A stretch of DNA of 64,000 nt from an uncultured Solirubrobacterales bacterium (GTDB lineage Bacteria > Actinomycetota > Thermoleophilia > Solirubrobacterales > 70-9), in NCBI GenBank assembly GCA_963843495.1, contig CAWJJX010000003.1, forward strand, positions 430,665 through 494,664. Reading direction: 5' to 3'. Position numbers and translations under genes: made by a program. This document shows positions 58,864 through 64,000 of the stretch, piece by piece. Under the pieces are notes generated by a model that worked only from the letters and a program-made list of their open reading frames with translations, did no database searches and was not told where the DNA came from. Position 1 is the first letter of the stretch. The number at the start of each line of letters is the position of its first letter.

Positions 58864-59436
58864 TCAGTCGGCCTTGGCGAGGTCTCGGCCGACGAGCGCG
58901 ACGCTGGTGAGGGTCCAGCCGGCGAAGATTAGGTCGATGCCGACGAGGAGGCCGATCGCCCAGTCGGCGCTGCTGGGGAACTTGGCGAGGATGAGGATGC
59001 CGATCAGGAGGCCGGCGAAGCCGCTGAGGCCGACGAGGCCGGCGCCCTCGTGGCCGCGGGCGGCGAAGGCCACGGCGATCCGGGTCAACCCCATGAAGAG
59101 GAAATAGATGCCGAGGACGAGCGTCAGGGTGAGGGTCCCGTTGTGTGGTTCGACAATCAGCCAGAGCCCGACGATCACGGTGAGGAGCGCCCAGAGCAGG
59201 CGCAGGACAACCGTCCCGATCGAGTGCGCGGTGAACGCGCCGGCAACGAGGAAGACGCCCGCGATGAGCAGGATCCAGCCGATGAAGATCGCGGTCCCGA
59301 CCGAGGCGACCGCGGGCACGACGATCGCCACGCAGCCGATGAAGATCGCCAGCACCCCGACGGCCATCAGCGCCTTCCAGCTACGCCGCAGACCCTCGCG
59401 AACCTCCGGGTCCATCGAGACGCTCCCCATCTCCAT
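58864..59436 (-). CDS. HdeD/DUF308 family membrane protein
   Basis: 190 aa with six TM helices and repeated xxGxxxIxxG DUF308-type segments. Confidence 0.7.
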   Translation of the reverse strand: MEMGSVSMDPEVREGLRRSWKALMAVGVLAIFIGCVAIVVPAVASVGTAIFIGWILLIAGVFLVAGAFTAHSIGTVVLRLLWALLTVIVGLWLIVEPHNGTLTLTLVLGIYFLFMGLTRIAVAFAARGHEGAGLVGLSGFAGLLIGILILAKFPSSADWAIGLLVGIDLIFAGWTLTSVALVGRDLAKAD

Positions 59437-59503
59437 GCGAGGACCCTAAGCCGCCCAGCGGACGGGATCAAGATCGAGCGAGGGCGCTAGTCTCGGAGCG
59501 CGG

Positions 59504-59575
59504 TCCGGGATGGTGTAATCGGTAGCACGCCAGGTTTTGGTCCTGGAAGCGGGGGTTCGAGCCCTCCTCCCGGAA
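59504..59575 (+). tRNA. tRNA-Gln (anticodon TTG)
   Basis: TCCGGGA-TG-GTGT-AATCGGTA-GCAC-G-CCAGG-TTTTGGT-CCTGG-..-TTCGAGC-..-TCCCGGA-A forms the cloverleaf. Confidence 0.88.
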
Positions 59576-59583
59576 CTGAGGGG

Positions 59584-60832
59584 CTATTCCTCGCCGCCGC
59601 GCGGCACCTTGCCCGCTTCCGCGCCCGGCTCCAGGGCCGGGCCGCGCGGAGAGGCGATGCCAAGGACGCGCATCGCCTTGAGGCCGAGGCCGAGCTTCTC
59701 GCGGCCCTCGGTGGCGGAGACGTCGTGGCCGCAGAGCTCCTTCACGCGCTCCAGCCGGTAGCGGATCGTGTGGCGGTGGGTGAAGAGCTGTTTGGCGGTG
59801 GCGGCGACGTTGCCGTCGTTGTCGAGGTAGGCCTCGACGGTCGCCACCAGCTCGGTCTCGTACTGCTCGTCGTAGGCGGCGAGGGGCGCGATCGTCTCGG
59901 CGTAGAAGCGCTCCAGCTCGCCCGGGTCCTCGCTCATCGCCGGCAGCAGCAGCCGGTAGGAGCCGGTGTCCTCGAAGGCCAGCAGCGAGCGGCCCTCGGC
60001 CTCGCCGACGTTGACCGCCAGCCGCGCCTCGTTGCCCGCGCGGTAGAGGTCGACCGGGTCCGCGGCGCGGCGGCTGCGCCCGATCGTCAGGTGGAAGCCG
60101 GAGAGGCTGTCCTCCAGCTCGCGGGCGAGACCGGCGGCGGCGCGCGCGAGCCGCTCGTCGTCCTCGGCGGGCACGATCACCGCCACCTCGGCGGACTCCT
60201 CGTCCACCGGTGCTCGCCAGCGACCCGGGGGCGAGCGAGCGCAGCGCGCGCAGCGCCAGCGTCAGCACCCGCCCGCGCCACTCGCCCGTCTGCGCCGCGC
60301 GCGGCGCAGCCCGCAGGATCAGCACCCCGGCGCCGCCGTTCAGGTCGGTGCCGAGCTCGGCCGCGCGGGCGACGATGTCGCCGCGATCGGTGACCTCGCG
60401 GGCGAGCACCGCGGCGACGAAGGCCCCGGCCACCTCCTCGCTCTCCCACTCCGGCGAGCGCGAGCGCTCCAGCTCGAGCGCCAGCAGCGTCGTCACCATG
60501 CGGGCGATCGCCGGCTCGGGCGGCGACGGCGCGCGGTAGCGCAGCTCGCCGACGACGCTGTCGGCGACCCGCAGCTCGACCCGGTCGACTCCCTCGCCAC
60601 CGGCGAGCAGCTTCTGCTCCTGGTCCGGGGAGGCGCCGGCGACCGCGAGCACGGCGCTGGAGCGGTCGATCAGGGCGACGCTGGCGTCGAGGACCTTCGC
60701 CGCGGCGCGCGCGACCGCGGGCAGGCCGGCGCCCGACTCGACCGCCTCGGCGAGCGCGTCGAGAGTCCCCGGCTCTCCGGCGCTTTTGCAGGGCACTTTT
60801 CCCCGTTTGCGAGGCCGCAGGCATCGGCCCAT
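59584..60832 (-). pseudogene. PucR/CdaR-family transcriptional regulator, frameshift near 60215-60235
   Basis: The N-terminal part (from 60832) runs to ..RSLAPGSLAS. The C-terminal part, in the frame of ORF 59584-60207 (..VDEESAEVAVIV..), ends with the PucR HTH AATAKQLFTHRHTIRYRLERVKEL. The break is next to a CCCGGGGG run. Confidence 0.75.
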
Positions 60833-61072
60833 TATCCCGGCAGGGGCGATCCCAGCCTACGCCGTTGAGAGATGTCGACGATGTCGGTGTAGTAGTAGAC
60901 GACCACGAGGCCCGAGCACGATCCCGATCAGGATCAGCGCGGCGAGCACGAAGAGCGAGAGGAAGCCGGCGGCGGCCTTCTCCCAGATCCGGCCGTAGGA
61001 GCTCAGCGCCGGCACCAGGATCAGGCCGACGAAGGCGACCAGGCTGATCAGCCCGGCGCCGCCGAAGAGCAC
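60832..61072 (-). pseudogene. small two-TM membrane protein, apparently frameshifted
   Basis: From GTG 61072: LFGGAGLISLVAFVGLILVPALSSYGRIWEKAAAGFLSLFVLAALILIGIVLG. The likely continuation LVVVYYYTDIVDISQRR.. is in another frame, with TAA at 60832-60834. Confidence 0.3.
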
Positions 61073-61076
61073 GTAC

Positions 61077-62605
61077 TCATGCTCGATCTTCTGCCAGCGC
61101 GCAGCGGCAGTCACTGGTCGGATTCTGACGCAACTGGGAGATGACGAGAGCGACGGCGGCGCAGAGCGCGAAGGCGGCGACCCCCAGCGCCCAGCCGCCG
61201 CTGACGTCGCTGAGGTAGTGGACGTTGAGGTAGACGCGCGAGAGACCGACCAGCGGCGGTCAGCGCGATCCCCGCCGCGACGACGGCGGCGCCCCGCGCC
61301 ATCCCCGGGCGCAGCCGCAGCACGATCGTCACCGCCAGCCAGACGTAGAGGATCGAGTAGGCGGCGTGGCCGCTCGGAAACGAGGAGCCGGAGGAGTCGA
61401 TCAGGCCGCCCGTCCGGCCGCGGCCGGTCGACCGCGTCCTTGAGCTCGTGGACGCCGACGACGATGATCAGCGATCCCGCCGAGCAGGACGCCGAACTCG
61501 GTCCAGCGCCGCGCGAGCGACGAGCAGCGCCGCGCAGACGAGCGCCAGCGCCCAGGTCAACGCGCGCGAGCCGAGGAAGGTGACGACCTTGGCGACGATC
61601 GGTCAGCCAGCCCGCTCGCAGCGGCTCGACGACGTCGATCGCGGTCTTGTCGCCGGGCGTCGGCCCCGGGTCGCCGCCGACGATCACCGCGTAGGCGACG
61701 AGGACGAAGAGGACGACCGCGAGGACCGCCATCAGCGAGGTGAACTCGAGCCCGAAGGTGCCGCCCGGCGTGACCCGGTCCCAGAGGAAGCGCAGCTGCG
61801 GCCGGAAGCGGCGCCCGAGGAGGACGAGCCAGCGAGTCGCGGCGTGGCGCCTCCATCCAGCGCACTGCCGCCGCGCCGGTTCGCCGCGACCCGGAAGTGG
61901 CGGACCGTGAGGACGACCCCGCCGACGACGACGATCAGCGTGCCGAGGATGAAGGCGCCGCGGCCGGCGTACTCGGCCGCGCTCTCGACGCTGCGCGAGA
62001 AGAAGTAGCCGATCAGGATGTGGGCGCTCGACCAGAGCCCGGTGCCGAGGATGCTGTAGGGGACGAAGGCGCGGTAGCGCATTCCCGAGCTGCCGGCGAT
62101 GAACGGCGCCAGGGCCCGCACCAGGCTGATGAAGCGGCCGATCGAAGATCGTCTTGCCGCCGTGGCGGGAGAAGTAGTCCTCGACCTTCTCGAAGCGCTC
62201 GTGGCTGATCCCGACCCGCGGCCCGTTGCGCAGGACGAACCCGCGCCCGAGGCGGCGGCCGATGAAGAAGCTCGTCGTGTCGCCGGCCCAGGCGGCGAAC
62301 CAGGCGATCGCGATCAGCAGGTAGACGTCGATCGCGCCCTGGCCGGCGACGGCGCCGCCGAGCAGCATCATCGTCTCGCCGGGGACGACGAGGCCGACGA
62401 AGGCGCCGGTCTCGGCGAAGGCGAAGACGCCGACCAGCAGGTAGGTCCAGGCGCCGAGCGCGTCGGAGATGTCTTCGAGCAGGCCCTGCAGGTCGATGTG
62501 GCCGAGCTCGCGGCTGATCAGGTAGTAGCCGATGGCGACGAGAACCGCGACGAGCCCGACGAGGAGCCGTTTGCGCCTGCCGCCGCCCTCTCCCGGCAGC
62601 CTCAC
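61077..62605 (-). pseudogene. bifunctional DedA-family / PAP2 phosphatase membrane protein, fragmented by several frameshifts
   Basis: DedA part: ..AFAETGAFVGLVVPGETMM..WAGDTTSFFIGRRLG..RALAPFIAGSSGMRYRAFV... PAP2 part: KDAVDRPRP .. SRVYLNVHYLSDVSGGWALG. The pieces lie in all three minus frames. Confidence 0.65.
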
Positions 62606-63440
62606 GGGGCCCTCCCCGCCTCGCAGACGATCGCGTCGTCGCGGTCGATCGCCGCCGCCGCCGACTCGCGCCGCGGCGAGGCTCGCGAAGAGCCCGAACG
62701 CGGTCGGCCCGGAGCCGCTCAGCGAGCGCGACCGGCGCCCCGGCCGTCGCGCAGCGCGTCGAGCGCGTCGCCGATCTCCGGCCGCAGCGAGCGCGCCGCG
62801 GGCTCGAGGTCGTTGACGAGCAGCTCGGCGTAGGCGAGCGGCGAGGCGCCGGCGCCAGCCGCACCGCGCAGCTCGCCCGCGAGCTGCGCCAGCTCCCGCG
62901 CCGCGCGACCGAGGCCGAGCCGGTCGGCCTCGGCGAAGACCGTCGGCGGTGCTGAGGCCGCCGCCGCCCGGCAGCAGCACGACGGCGTGGGCGGCCGGCT
63001 CGGGCAGCCGCTCGACCCGCTCGCCCGCGCCCCCGACCAGGGACAGCGCCGGGCGCAGCTGCGAGGGCACGTCGGCGCCGAGCTCAGCCGCCAGCTCCTG
63101 CAGGTCGCGCAACCTCGCCCGCGGCCAGCCGCAGCACCGCCGCAGCGTCGGCGCTGCCGCCGCCGAGCCCGGCGGCGACCGGGATCCGCTTCTCGATCTC
63201 GACCCGCAGCGGCGGCCGCTCCCAGCCGCGCGTCGCGCAGCGCCGCCAGCGCGCGCGCGGCCAGGTTCTCGCCCTCGACCCCCGGGCAGATCACCTCGTC
63301 GCGCGTCGGCCTCGGTGACCTCGATCAGGTCGGCCAGCGCCAGCGGCTCGAACAGCGAGCAGAGCTCGTGCAGGCCGTCGTCGCGGCGCTGGCCCGAGGT
63401 AGAGGCAGAGGTTGAGCTTGGCGGGGGCGTGGATCGGCAT
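62602..63440 (-). pseudogene. ispE: 4-diphosphocytidyl-2-C-methyl-D-erythritol kinase, fragmented by several frameshifts
   Basis: MPIHAPAKLNLCLYLGP (ATG 63440), EIEKRIPVAAGLGGGSADAAAVL, LSGSGPTAFGLF and the C-terminus ..IVCEAGRAP*. These pieces are spread over three frames. The stop overlaps the DedA GTG (GTGA). Confidence 0.75.
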
Positions 63441-63453
63441 CGGCGGCAACGGC

Positions 63454-64000
63454 TCAGTCGCTGCCGCGGAGCTTCGCGGACAGGGCGGCGAACTGCTCGG
63501 GCGACAGCGCCTCCGCCCGCGCGTCGGCGGCAGGCCGAGCTCCGCGAGCGCGGCCCGCACCGCCTCGAGCGACCCGGGCCTCACGTGCTCCAGCGAGCGG
63601 GCCAGCGACTTGCGGCGGTGGGCGAAGGCGTCGCGGACCAGCTCGCGGGTGGCCGCGTCGGCGCCGGGGCCGGTGCGGCGCAGCCGCAGGATCGCCGACG
63701 TCGACCCGCGGCCGCGGCCTGAAGACCGCCGGGTCGACCGTGCGCAGCAGCTCGACCTCGCAGGCGAGCTGGACGAGGACGCTCGGCGCCACCGTAGGTG
63801 CGGCCCCCGGGCGCGGCCCGCAGGCGGTCGGCGATCTCGCGCTGGACCATCACCGTCCAGCGCCGCAGACCGACGGCAGCTCCTCGATCGTGCGCAGGAT
63901 CAGCGGCGTCGCGACCGAGTAGGGCAGGTTGGCGACCATCGCCGTCGGCGCCGGCTCGAGCGCGGCGAGGTCGAGCTTCATCGCGTCGCCCCAGTGCAGG
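63454..64000 (-). pseudogene. rsmA: 16S rRNA (adenine1518/1519-N6)-dimethyltransferase RsmA/KsgA, 5' end outside the window, several frameshifts
   Basis: MVANLPYSVATPL, VMVQREIADRL, APSVLVQLACEVELL..VFRPRPRVD, SAILRLRR..AFAHRRKSL and ..LSPEQFAALSAKLRGSD* are found in alternating frames. Confidence 0.75.

Overview
High-GC (by eye about 70%) Actinomycetota-like chromosomal segment. The backbone shows conserved housekeeping synteny: eno-ftsB, a SurA-like PPIase, mfd, pth-rplY, prs-glmU, tRNA-Gln and ispE-rsmA. It also carries many accessory redox and resistance-type genes (FAD oxidoreductases, two VOC/glyoxalase genes, two RibD_C DHFR-like genes, a UvrA class II paralogue, MUG, MsrA), two ECF sigma/anti-sigma modules and three tRNAs. 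The standout is a visibly lower-GC accessory block at about 17.3-28.9 kb built against an initiator tRNA-fMet gene. Four tRNA-derived segments (16030, 17346, 22162, and the full gene at 28848-28921) delimit what look like tandem islands with no integrase. Island A (22.2-28.8 kb) carries a translationally coupled hsdS - ABC-type ATPase - HNH nuclease - hsdM operon with no hsdR, that is, a Septu PtuAB-like pair nested in an orphan type I specificity/methylase module, plus an XRE regulator. Island B (17.4-22.2 kb) carries an IetAS-like AAA+ ATPase / S8 protease pair followed by an M48-like membrane metalloprotease. Other oddities: two in-frame palindromic ~60-bp elements inside a large membrane-protein gene; a GTGCGCCTTATCC palindromic repeat family bracketing a DUF559 gene; a rhomboid homologue lacking catalytic residues; and a pth gene with no canonical start codon. 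By manual count there are more than 20 frameshifts, several at homopolymer runs and extremely dense at 60.8-64 kb. These probably reflect sequence quality and must be resolved before anything is called a true pseudogene. No CRISPR array, rRNA or transposase was seen.
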